A stretch of 64,000 bases of DNA from Candidatus Moraniibacteriota bacterium (GTDB lineage: Bacteria; Patescibacteriota; Minisyncoccia; Moranbacterales; DUUL01), in contig JBFHFF010000005.1 of assembly GCA_041583775.1 (NCBI GenBank), positions 43,988 through 107,987 on the forward strand. The letters are read 5' to 3'. A program made the translations under genes and the position numbers. A model generated the notes under the pieces. It did no database searches and was not told where the DNA came from. It worked only from the letters and a program-made list of their open reading frames with translations. Below, piece by piece: positions 9,668 to 17,082 of this stretch; positions within the stretch are counted from its first letter, which is position 1; the number at the start of each line of letters is the position of its first letter.

Positions 9668-10735
9668 ATGAAAACGCTAAAAGATTTAGAACTCAAAAAT
9701 AAAAAAGTTGTGTTGCGAGCCGGATTTGATCTCCCCTTAGAAGACGGAGAGATAGCTGATGATATTAGAATTAAATCAGCATTAAAGACAATAGAATATA
9801 TCAAGCAACAGGAGATTGATATGTTGTTGATTCTAAATCATATTGGAAGGCCAGAGGGACGAATTGTACCAGAGCTTTCAAATAAAGTGGTCGCGAAGAG
9901 ATTGCAGGAGCTTTCTGGCATTGTTGTCGAGGTCGTTGACACCATTGAGGATTTGCAAGCGTTAGTGAAAGGTGGTGAATTTGATAAAGAAAAAATCTAT
10001 ATGCTTGAGAATTTGAGATTTTGGAGAGAAGAGGAGGAAGCAGATAGTGTTTTTGGAAAAAACATTGGAGAACTTTTTGATGTATATGTAAACGATGCAT
10101 TTTCTGTTAGTCATAGAGCGCATGCATCCTTCGTAAGAGTGCCTGAATATACAAAGGAAAAATGTATGGGATTGCTTTTTGAGGAGGAGTATATGAACTT
10201 GAGTAAAGTGAAAAATGAACCAGAACATCCAGCAGTGATGGTTATTGGTGGAGCAAAAATTGCTACAAAATTGCCAGTAATTGAGAATATGATGCGAATC
10301 TATGATAGGGTTTTAGTTGGTGGGATGATTGCCAATGAAGCAATCGATGAAAGAATCGACCTTGGAGAAAAAGTTATGTTACCAACAGATTTCAATCCCA
10401 AGGGAAAAGAAGGAGAAAGATTGGACATTGGAGATGAGACAATAAAGGCCTATATTGAAGAAATTGAAAATGCAAAAACAATAGTATGGAATGGACCTTT
10501 GGGAAAATTTGAAGATGAAGAAGCTTCTGAGGGAACTAGGAGAATTGCCAAAGCAATTGCTAAAAATGAAGCTGCAACTCAAGTGATTGGTGGTGGAGAG
10601 ACATTGGAAGCTGTTGCTAGATTTAGCGAATTCTCTCATTTTGACTATGTATCAATGAGTGGAGGGGCGATGTTAGAATATTTGTCAGGAAAAACCTTGC
10701 CTGCAATTGAAGCGCTTGAGGACAGGGAAGAGTAA
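9668..10735 (+). CDS. pgk: Phosphoglycerate kinase
   Basis: KKVVLRAGFDLPLEDGEIADDIRIKSALKTIEYI N-terminal PGK signature and C-terminal GGGE...MSGGAMLEYL. Confidence 0.85.
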   Translation: MKTLKDLELKNKKVVLRAGFDLPLEDGEIADDIRIKSALKTIEYIKQQEIDMLLILNHIGRPEGRIVPELSNKVVAKRLQELSGIVVEVVDTIEDLQALVKGGEFDKEKIYMLENLRFWREEEEADSVFGKNIGELFDVYVNDAFSVSHRAHASFVRVPEYTKEKCMGLLFEEEYMNLSKVKNEPEHPAVMVIGGAKIATKLPVIENMMRIYDRVLVGGMIANEAIDERIDLGEKVMLPTDFNPKGKEGERLDIGDETIKAYIEEIENAKTIVWNGPLGKFEDEEASEGTRRIAKAIAKNEAATQVIGGGETLEAVARFSEFSHFDYVSMSGGAMLEYLSGKTLPAIEALEDREE

Positions 10736-10822
10736 TTAATCTTTTCAAAATTGACACTAAGCCTTAGTCTGTTAGAATTTACCTAGGTTTCAAATGGAAC
10801 CTAGGTAAATTTTTAGAAAAGA

Positions 10823-11200
10823 ATGCAGAATCAAAATGCTACCCATATTATTTTTGATGTATATTTTGAACATTTTCCAAAGGAATTGGAAAATGTTGAT
10901 TTTTGGAAAATTCTAGGCAAAGAGGTTTTGTCTTGTGGAAATTTTTCAATTATGGGTAGTGCAATGCATAAATTTGAACCAGAAGGAATGAGTGGTTTTT
11001 GGCTACTTTGTGAATCACATCTTTCATTTCACACTTGGCCCCAAGAGAAGCGGGTTTTTATTGACCTTTTTTCTTGCGGAGACAAAAAAAGAACCTTGAG
11101 AACGATTGATAAATTGATTCAAGAGTTTGAAAAATTGAAAGGAGTGATTGAAAAAAGAAGAGATATAAAAAGAGGGTATATTTATCAAAAAGAGGAATAG
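10823..11200 (+). CDS. speH: S-adenosylmethionine decarboxylase proenzyme, class 1A (pyruvoyl type)
   Basis: HKFEPEGMSGFWLLCESHLSFHTWPQEKRVFIDLFSCGD aligns with SpeH/SpeD self-cleavage (ESH) and active-site region. Confidence 0.75.
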   Translation: MQNQNATHIIFDVYFEHFPKELENVDFWKILGKEVLSCGNFSIMGSAMHKFEPEGMSGFWLLCESHLSFHTWPQEKRVFIDLFSCGDKKRTLRTIDKLIQEFEKLKGVIEKRRDIKRGYIYQKEE

Positions 11201-11210
11201 CTTGGGAATA

Positions 11211-11966
11211 ATGAAAATTAGAAGTATTAAAACAGAAATATTGAAGCCACCAAAAATTGATCTTTTTGGTGTTTTGGATGAGTATATTCTAGACCTAAAA
11301 GAAGGTGACATTTTTTTTATTACTTCAAAAATCATAAGCTTATCTCAAAATAGGTGTGTGAAAATTTTGAATCCAGACAGTAGAGAATTGAAAAGAAAAC
11401 AAAAAGATGAACTTATTTTTCAAGAGGCAGAGGGCGTCATTGAAAGAAGAGAATATCCTGAAAATAAAAGACTTTTAACTATTACTAAAAATTTATTGAT
11501 TTGTGCTGCTGGAATTGACGAGAGTAATGCAAATGGATATTTTATTTTATTGCCAGAAAATTCAAATAGAGTTGCAAAAGAGATTTGTTTATATTTGAGA
11601 GAGAAGTTTAAATTGAAAAAATTAGGAGTAGTGATTACAGATAGTCACAGCACCCCTTTGCACAGAGGTTCTCTTGGAACAACAGTGGGATTTTTTGGTA
11701 TTAATCCATTGAATTCTCATGTTGGAAAGAGCGATATCTTTGGAAGGCAATTGGTTTCAGAGGTGACAAATGTTGTTGATTCATTGGCAACAATGGCGGT
11801 GTTTGTGATGGGCGAGACGAATGAGAAAACTCCGTTTGCAGTCATTAGTGATTTTGGGGAGAAAGTTGAGTTTACTGATGAGGTTGAATATGAGAAGTTT
11901 TTTTTGACATCACAGGAAGATATGTTTTCACCAATTCTAAAGAAATTCAAAAAACCGAAAACTTGA
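11211..11966 (+). CDS. CofE-like protein (F420-0:gamma-glutamyl ligase family fold)
   Basis: ICAAGIDESNANGYFILLPENSNRVAKEICLYL...LGVVITDSHSTPLHRGSLGTTVGFFGI...GRQLVSEVTNVVDSLATMAVFVMGE parallels CofE motifs (NAGIDASN, GVIITDTNGR, GRELEVT..ADEIAAAANL); from memory, not searched. Confidence 0.55.
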   Translation: MKIRSIKTEILKPPKIDLFGVLDEYILDLKEGDIFFITSKIISLSQNRCVKILNPDSRELKRKQKDELIFQEAEGVIERREYPENKRLLTITKNLLICAAGIDESNANGYFILLPENSNRVAKEICLYLREKFKLKKLGVVITDSHSTPLHRGSLGTTVGFFGINPLNSHVGKSDIFGRQLVSEVTNVVDSLATMAVFVMGETNEKTPFAVISDFGEKVEFTDEVEYEKFFLTSQEDMFSPILKKFKKPKT

Positions 11967-12007
11967 AAAAATAACAAAAAGACTGTAATATTAAAAGCGT
12001 TTCATAT

Positions 12008-12078
12008 TGGGGAATCGCCAAGTGGTAAGGCACTGGTTTCTGGTACCAGTATCGGGGGTTCGAATCCCTCTTCCCCAA
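12008..12078 (+). tRNA. tRNA-Gln (anticodon CTG)
   Basis: tggggaatcgccaagtggtaaggcactggtttCTGgtaccagtatcgggggttcgaatccctcttcccca: U1-A72 acceptor typical of bacterial tRNA-Gln, anticodon loop ttCTGgt, T-arm GGTTCGAAT. Confidence 0.8.
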
Positions 12079-12180
12079 CAGCTATTATAAAAGACACTTA
12101 ATGCAGGTGTCTTTTCTAATTACTTCTTTAGTTTCTTTTACGAAGGTGATATACTTTCAATATTATGAAGAATTTAATTT

Positions 12181-12987
12181 TTGTATATGAAAGTAGATAA
12201 ATTTCTTGAGGACATGGGCAGTAGGCTTTTCCTTGTTATTATTGAGAGCATTGCGTTTGTTAGTGTTCTTTTTTTGATTTCAAGTCTTTTTCACAGAAGA
12301 CAATTGGCTTTAATTGCATTTATCTTCTTGGTTTTATTCTTATTTAACATAAGTTTCACATTGCTTTTTAAGCGCGAAAGATATTTTAAGGTATCTTTTA
12401 TTTATGGAACTGTCTTAAACTTAATAATTCTTTTAATAGTAGGATTCAAAAGTACTGATTGGGTTGATGCGATAATTGTTTTTATTACATTTTCTTTGGT
12501 GTTTTTATTTACTTATAAACATATTAATGATAAGAGGTTAGTATTTTTGTTCAAGAACTTCTTAAAAATTCTTTTAACCCTTCTGTTTTTAACAAGTCTG
12601 CTTACTGGATTGATTGCAATTTGTAGTCTAATTTCCCTTAAATTAGGTTTCTATCCTAACTCAAGTTCCTTAACATTTCTAGTGATAATATTTTCTCTTT
12701 TCATATTATTATTTACTTTTGTTGTTTTACTTAATGTTTTATTTATCCCAACTTCATTTATTTTCACAGGAGAGTTAAAATATGGCATGATAATTAGGAC
12801 GTGGATTTTATTCTTAGGTATTATTTTATTATCTTTATGTTTAAAGCGAAGCCATTTTGGGGGTTTATTAGTGATCATCTCGACCCCTGTTATAGTAAGA
12901 TTGACTCAAAGGGACCAGAATACTCAGTTAAAGAGGATAGGATTTGTGTTTCCAACGGATCTGTTACAAGAACCTTCCAGGAAGTAG
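12181..12987 (+). CDS. Polytopic membrane protein (about 7 TM), probable N-terminal part of a frameshifted gene
   Basis: Highly hydrophobic ORF; frame continues past G5 run at 12859-12863 into non-conserved tail. Confidence 0.5.
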   Translation: MYMKVDKFLEDMGSRLFLVIIESIAFVSVLFLISSLFHRRQLALIAFIFLVLFLFNISFTLLFKRERYFKVSFIYGTVLNLIILLIVGFKSTDWVDAIIVFITFSLVFLFTYKHINDKRLVFLFKNFLKILLTLLFLTSLLTGLIAICSLISLKLGFYPNSSSLTFLVIIFSLFILLFTFVVLLNVLFIPTSFIFTGELKYGMIIRTWILFLGIILLSLCLKRSHFGGLLVIISTPVIVRLTQRDQNTQLKRIGFVFPTDLLQEPSRK

Positions 12988-13274
12988 ATTATGAAACTTT
13001 TGAAGATTTGAATTATGGTTATGCTAAAGACAAAAATGCTGTCTACAGAGGGACAGAAAAACTTAATGCCAATACAGAAACATTTGCAACTCTAGAGAAA
13101 TATGGCTATGCAAGTGATCACAAAAAATTATTTTATTTTGGTGAAAAGATAGAAAACTTAAATCCTGAAAAACTAAAGTTTATCGGAGATAAGTATTTGT
13201 ATGATGAAAATGTTTGTGTGGAGAAAAAAGGAAGAAATTTCATGGTTGTTGATAGTGAATTTTGTGTAAAATAA
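12858..13274 (+). CDS. DKNYY-like repeat domain, C-terminal part reached by a -1 frame change at G5 run
   Basis: ...ETFEDLNYGYAKDKNAVYRGTEKLNANTETFATLEKYGYASDHKKLFYFGEKIENLNPEKLKFIGDKYLYDENVCV repeats resemble DKNYY family; the ORF track lists this frame from ATG 12801, but its first ~19 aa are an alternate-frame read of the membrane gene. Confidence 0.45.
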   Translation, partial: WGFISDHLDPCYSKIDSKGPEYSVKEDRICVSNGSVTRTFQEVDYETFEDLNYGYAKDKNAVYRGTEKLNANTETFATLEKYGYASDHKKLFYFGEKIENLNPEKLKFIGDKYLYDENVCVEKKGRNFMVVDSEFCVK

Positions 13275-13371
13275 ATTTTAGGTGTTTTTTAGGTTAATGT
13301 TATGTGGAATTTTTGACAGATAAGTTCGAACTTCGTCCCACAGCCCCAACATACATTTTAAAAAAAACAAA

Positions 13372-13404
13372 AGCCGCTTCTAAGGTTTTAGAAGTGGCTT
13401 TTTA
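13372..13404. terminator. Bidirectional rho-independent terminator between convergent genes
   Basis: agccgcttctaa-ggtt-ttagaagtggct stem (one G-U) with A-run on one side and T-run on the other. Confidence 0.6.
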
Positions 13405-13426
13405 CTTGGTTGGTATCCAGAAAGAT

Positions 13427-13831
13427 TTATCCGATAAACTTTCCAATCAGGTCCTCGAGAATTTCTCTTAGTTCATTTTTCTCGGCATGATGCCGTTCTT
13501 TTTTTTCAGGATGTTCTTGCTCCCATCCTAATCCTAACATGGTATCCTTGATTATTTTTTCGACCACAAAATTGACAACCTTATCTTTTTCTGTGCCGGC
13601 AAAATCCGCATCGCAATCATTTTCCTCAAATGTTTTAAGTATGAAAAATTTGTTCTTTTGTGCCAATTCATAGCAATATAGCCATTGAGCTTCACAAGGG
13701 ATGTTGCGCTCGATGAAAATTTTCAATGAATTGCCGCTTGTGGGATCAGAATGATAGGTGCAGTCGACGGGATCGGTATCCCATTCATAAATGATCGGTA
13801 GACTCCTGATATAAAATATGTCAAGTTCCAT
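13427..13831 (-). CDS. Hypothetical acidic protein (134 aa)
   Basis: Intact ORF with own terminator; no family recognised. Confidence 0.45.
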   Translation of the reverse strand: MELDIFYIRSLPIIYEWDTDPVDCTYHSDPTSGNSLKIFIERNIPCEAQWLYCYELAQKNKFFILKTFEENDCDADFAGTEKDKVVNFVVEKIIKDTMLGLGWEQEHPEKKERHHAEKNELREILEDLIGKFIG

Positions 13832-14008
13832 AGCCCATCTCCTTTTAGGTTAATTTTTGACTTGGTTTGGTTGAAATTAAAACATCTTGCTGATTTAACT
13901 AAATCACGATTTTTTCTGAATAAATTTGAAAAAACTATAGTTGCTTAGCATATCTCACAGATCTTTGTTTGTCAATAATCATATATCTGTACACATTACA
14001 CACTTTCC

Positions 14009-14036
14009 TTGACAAAACACTTATTTGTGATAAAAT
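14009..14036 (+). promoter_or_regulatory. Sigma70-like promoter candidate (TTGACA-N16-TAAAAT) upstream of lytic transglycosylase gene
   Basis: ttgaca at 14009-14014, taaaat at 14031-14036. Confidence 0.3.
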
Positions 14037-14270
14037 CGTCAGGCTGAAAAAATGATAGCAGTTCTATGTCGGGACTCTTTTTTGTTTCAAGATAAAAAAA
14101 CTTGTCAATAAAAAATAAATTTTCATTCGTTTCATGCCTTACCTTGCTTTGGAAAAAAGTTGGCTAAGAGTAATAAATAAATTAAAAAAATTCGAAAAGA
14201 ATTAAGTAAAAAAGCGAAAACAATAATCGTTTTAATAGCAATAGCAATTAGCTCAACAACTGTTGTTCCT

Positions 14271-15011
14271 GTGGCTTTGGCCGAGAATTTGCCAGAAAAG
14301 AGCATTGCTGAGTTTTCTAAAGAGAGGCTCAAAAAAGTTAAAAAAGTTGAGAATTACGATAAAGTGAAAGCGAGACAGTTAAATGAGGAGAAGAAGATTG
14401 ACTCCGAATTGCAAGATGAAAAATCTCACATAAAAGAACTAAGAGAAGCGGTTAAGTTTGCTAGTGAAAAGACTGGTGTGAGAGAAGATTTTTTGTTCGG
14501 TATGCTAACCGTTGAATCTGATCTTGGAAGAAATACGGGAAAATGTACCTATGCTCAAGTTGAGACAGGCGTTGAAAAGTCTTATAAAAAAGGACTTTTG
14601 GGGCAAAAAACCTATAATACCTTCATTGAAAGACGAGAGCATATTAAAAATATTGCGAAAGAAATTGGTCGTGATTATGAGAGTCTTGGTGTTTCATGCA
14701 ATCCTGCAAAATATGTAGGAACCGGTGGAGCCATGGGCGTGCCACAATTTATGCCAGATATGTGGGTTCATTACAAAGACCGTATCTCTGAGATAGTTGA
14801 AAAAGAAAGTCCTGATCCTTGGATCTTAAAAGATGGAATAGTTGCTATGGCACTTCTTTTGTCTGACACCGTAGGTGTAACGGATCATAATTATTACTCA
14901 GAAAGAAATGCTGCTAAGATATATCTATCAGGTACGACCTCATCACGGTATGATTGGTATGCCAATAAGATAATGTACTGGGCTAAGAATCATGAGGCAC
15001 TTATGAGTTAG
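14271..15011 (+). CDS. Secreted MltB/SLT_2-like lytic transglycosylase domain protein with short coiled-coil N-region; true start probably upstream (see findings)
   Basis: VESDLGRNTGKC...GTGGAMGVPQFMPDMW matches the GAMGxxQFMPxTW motif of family-3 lytic transglycosylases; paralog of 57242..58519; in-frame signal-peptide-like extension 14181..14270 lacks ATG/GTG/TTG. Confidence 0.6.
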   Translation: MALAENLPEKSIAEFSKERLKKVKKVENYDKVKARQLNEEKKIDSELQDEKSHIKELREAVKFASEKTGVREDFLFGMLTVESDLGRNTGKCTYAQVETGVEKSYKKGLLGQKTYNTFIERREHIKNIAKEIGRDYESLGVSCNPAKYVGTGGAMGVPQFMPDMWVHYKDRISEIVEKESPDPWILKDGIVAMALLLSDTVGVTDHNYYSERNAAKIYLSGTTSSRYDWYANKIMYWAKNHEALMS

Positions 15012-15162
15012 ATTAAAAAGGTTTTTGTGTAAAAAAGACATCTATTAGGGTGTCTTTTTTGTTTTTTGCAAACTTTAATTTTTTCTTTCGTATTGTATCT
15101 ATAAAGACAGGGGAATCTTTTTTGTTGCACTGCACAATAATGTATAAAAAGCAAAAAGAAAA

Positions 15163-15864
15163 ATGAAAACAGAGCAAAAGAAAATGTCTTTGGGGTTTGG
15201 ATTAATGACTTGCGGAATGGTATTGTCATTTTTTTGTTTAGTTCCAAAGATTAGAGTTTTGGCTATGGATCCTTCAGGAGGATTAAGTGCTGGCAATAGG
15301 GAGGAGGCTATGGCCGATGCTCTTGAGGCTTGTGAGGACGCATCAGTTGGGGATGAATGTTCGCTCAGTATAAACGATGAAGATGTTAGTGGTATATGTA
15401 AAACGGGCCCTGCGGGTGATAATGAATTGATGTGTTTGCCAGAAGGTGTTGTTGGTGGTAGAGCACCGGGGAAAGGGCGGGGTGGCGCGCAAGACTTGAA
15501 TCAGAAGCACCCAGAAGAAATAAAAACTGCTCAAAAGAAAATAGCTGGAAATGTTGAACAAAGAATGCTTCAACAAAAAGCCAATGCGGCTAAAATAATT
15601 AGCATGGTAGAAAAGATAATTATATATATAGAATCCCAAGAGATAGATGCTACGGAAATCAGAAATCAGCTTGAGATTTTTAAAGCCAAAAAAGATGAGT
15701 TAACAAATGCTTATACGGCATATTCCGAGTTAGAAGAAGAGAATGATGTTGATGATTTAAAAACAGCTAGAGAAAATATAATAACCTTAGCAAAGAGCAC
15801 AAAAGCATACTTTCAAGAAACTTTGAAAGTAACTATACAAGAAACTCTTTCGGAAATAAACTAA
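15163..15864 (+). CDS. Secreted hypothetical protein (signal peptide, Cys-rich acidic N-part, helical C-part)
   Basis: N-terminal hydrophobic segment LMTCGMVLSFFCLVP then AMDPSGG; no family recognised. Confidence 0.45.
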   Translation: MKTEQKKMSLGFGLMTCGMVLSFFCLVPKIRVLAMDPSGGLSAGNREEAMADALEACEDASVGDECSLSINDEDVSGICKTGPAGDNELMCLPEGVVGGRAPGKGRGGAQDLNQKHPEEIKTAQKKIAGNVEQRMLQQKANAAKIISMVEKIIIYIESQEIDATEIRNQLEIFKAKKDELTNAYTAYSELEEENDVDDLKTARENIITLAKSTKAYFQETLKVTIQETLSEIN

Positions 15865-15867
15865 ATT

Positions 15868-16212
15868 TTGACGATGAAAAAAAATATTATTCTAGGGGTA
15901 TCCTTATTTTTACTTATAACAGCTTTTTGTAGCGCTCTTTATTTTATTGTAGTGGTTGATGAAAATGCCAAGAAGAATGAGGAATTATTAAAAGCACAGG
16001 AAATTGAAGCAAAAGCAGCGCTGGAAGGAGAAAGTAAAAATAGTGTATGGTCGAACAATAACAATATAGAAACTGAGAAAGAAATTGACGCTACTAAAGA
16101 AGAAGCATTAAATGGCGAAAATATTATTAATATAGAAAACAAGGATGATGCTCAAAAAGTTTTAGAAGAAGCAATTGAAATCACTGAAGCAATGGATGAT
16201 ATAACTTTTTAA
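15868..16212 (+). CDS. Small membrane-anchored acidic protein
   Basis: Single N-terminal TM (IILGVSLFLLITAFCSALYFIVVV) then E/K-rich tail; followed by terminator. Confidence 0.45.
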   Translation: MTMKKNIILGVSLFLLITAFCSALYFIVVVDENAKKNEELLKAQEIEAKAALEGESKNSVWSNNNNIETEKEIDATKEEALNGENIINIENKDDAQKVLEEAIEITEAMDDITF

Positions 16213-16227
16213 TTTAGTTCTATTGAG

Positions 16228-16262
16228 AAGGGGGTGAATAAAATTACCCCTTTCATTTTTTT
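16228..16262 (+). terminator. Rho-independent terminator
   Basis: aaggggggt...acccctt stem followed by tcatttttttt. Confidence 0.5.
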
Positions 16263-16443
16263 TGTTAATCTTTGTATGTAAATAAAGAACTGCACATGGA
16301 ACATTTTAGTGCTGTAATCTGGAAAATGTAAGTTTAAATAGTGTATAATCTCTAATTTGTGTTATAATTATCACAGGAAAGTTAGGGTTTTATTGTTCTG
16401 ACAATCTAAAAAGGGAGTTGTGTTAATTTTTTATCGAAAAATA

Positions 16444-17067
16444 ATGCAATCACTTGAACAACTTATTTTACATTTGAAAAGAAGTGGGGTTTTGAAATCA
16501 TTTTCCATTGAAAATGCGCTTAGGGCGGTTGATCGAAAAAATTTTGTTTCAACGGAAACAAAGAGTTTTGCTTATGAGGATCGAGCTCTTAAGACATTTA
16601 AAAACCAAACCATCTCTCAACCAACGACAGTTGTTTTTATGCTTGAACTTTTGGATTTAGAACAAGGTGATAGAGTTTTAGATATTGGCGCTGGCAGTGG
16701 ATGGGTTAGTTGTTTAATTGCCAGTATTGTCGGAAAAGAAGGATTTGTTGATGCTTTTGAGCTTGAAGAAGTTGTCGGTGTTTTTGGTTTAAAAAATATA
16801 AAAAGAAGCGGTTTTGAAAATATAAACTATCAAATAAAGGATGCTGGTGAAAGTTGGAGGAGAAGAATTTTATATGATAAAATTTACGCAGGCGCAGCTT
16901 TTAGGGAGGTCCCGACTGATTTAGCGAGTAGTCTTAAGATTGGAGGGATTTTCGTGGGTCCGACTCAAGATGGATTCATTGTGAAAATAATGAAAAAAAG
17001 TAGAAAAAAAATCCTGGTAGAGGCCTATCCAGGATTTTCTTTTGTACCTTTTATTGAAAAAGTTTAA
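16444..17067 (+). CDS. pcm: Protein-L-isoaspartate O-methyltransferase
   Basis: TISQPTTVVFMLELLDLEQGDRVLDIGAGSGWVSCLIA matches PIMT SAM-binding motifs; an alternative GTG start lies at 16420. Confidence 0.7.
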   Translation: MQSLEQLILHLKRSGVLKSFSIENALRAVDRKNFVSTETKSFAYEDRALKTFKNQTISQPTTVVFMLELLDLEQGDRVLDIGAGSGWVSCLIASIVGKEGFVDAFELEEVVGVFGLKNIKRSGFENINYQIKDAGESWRRRILYDKIYAGAAFREVPTDLASSLKIGGIFVGPTQDGFIVKIMKKSRKKILVEAYPGFSFVPFIEKV

Positions 17068-17082
17068 TTTATTTGCTTGTTT

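Noticed and set aside
12801-12857. ATG 12801 as genuine start of the DKNYY-like protein
   Set aside because: The first 19 codons are an alternate-frame reading of the membrane-protein gene and encode an implausible hydrophobic N-terminus; the conserved domain begins after the G5 run.
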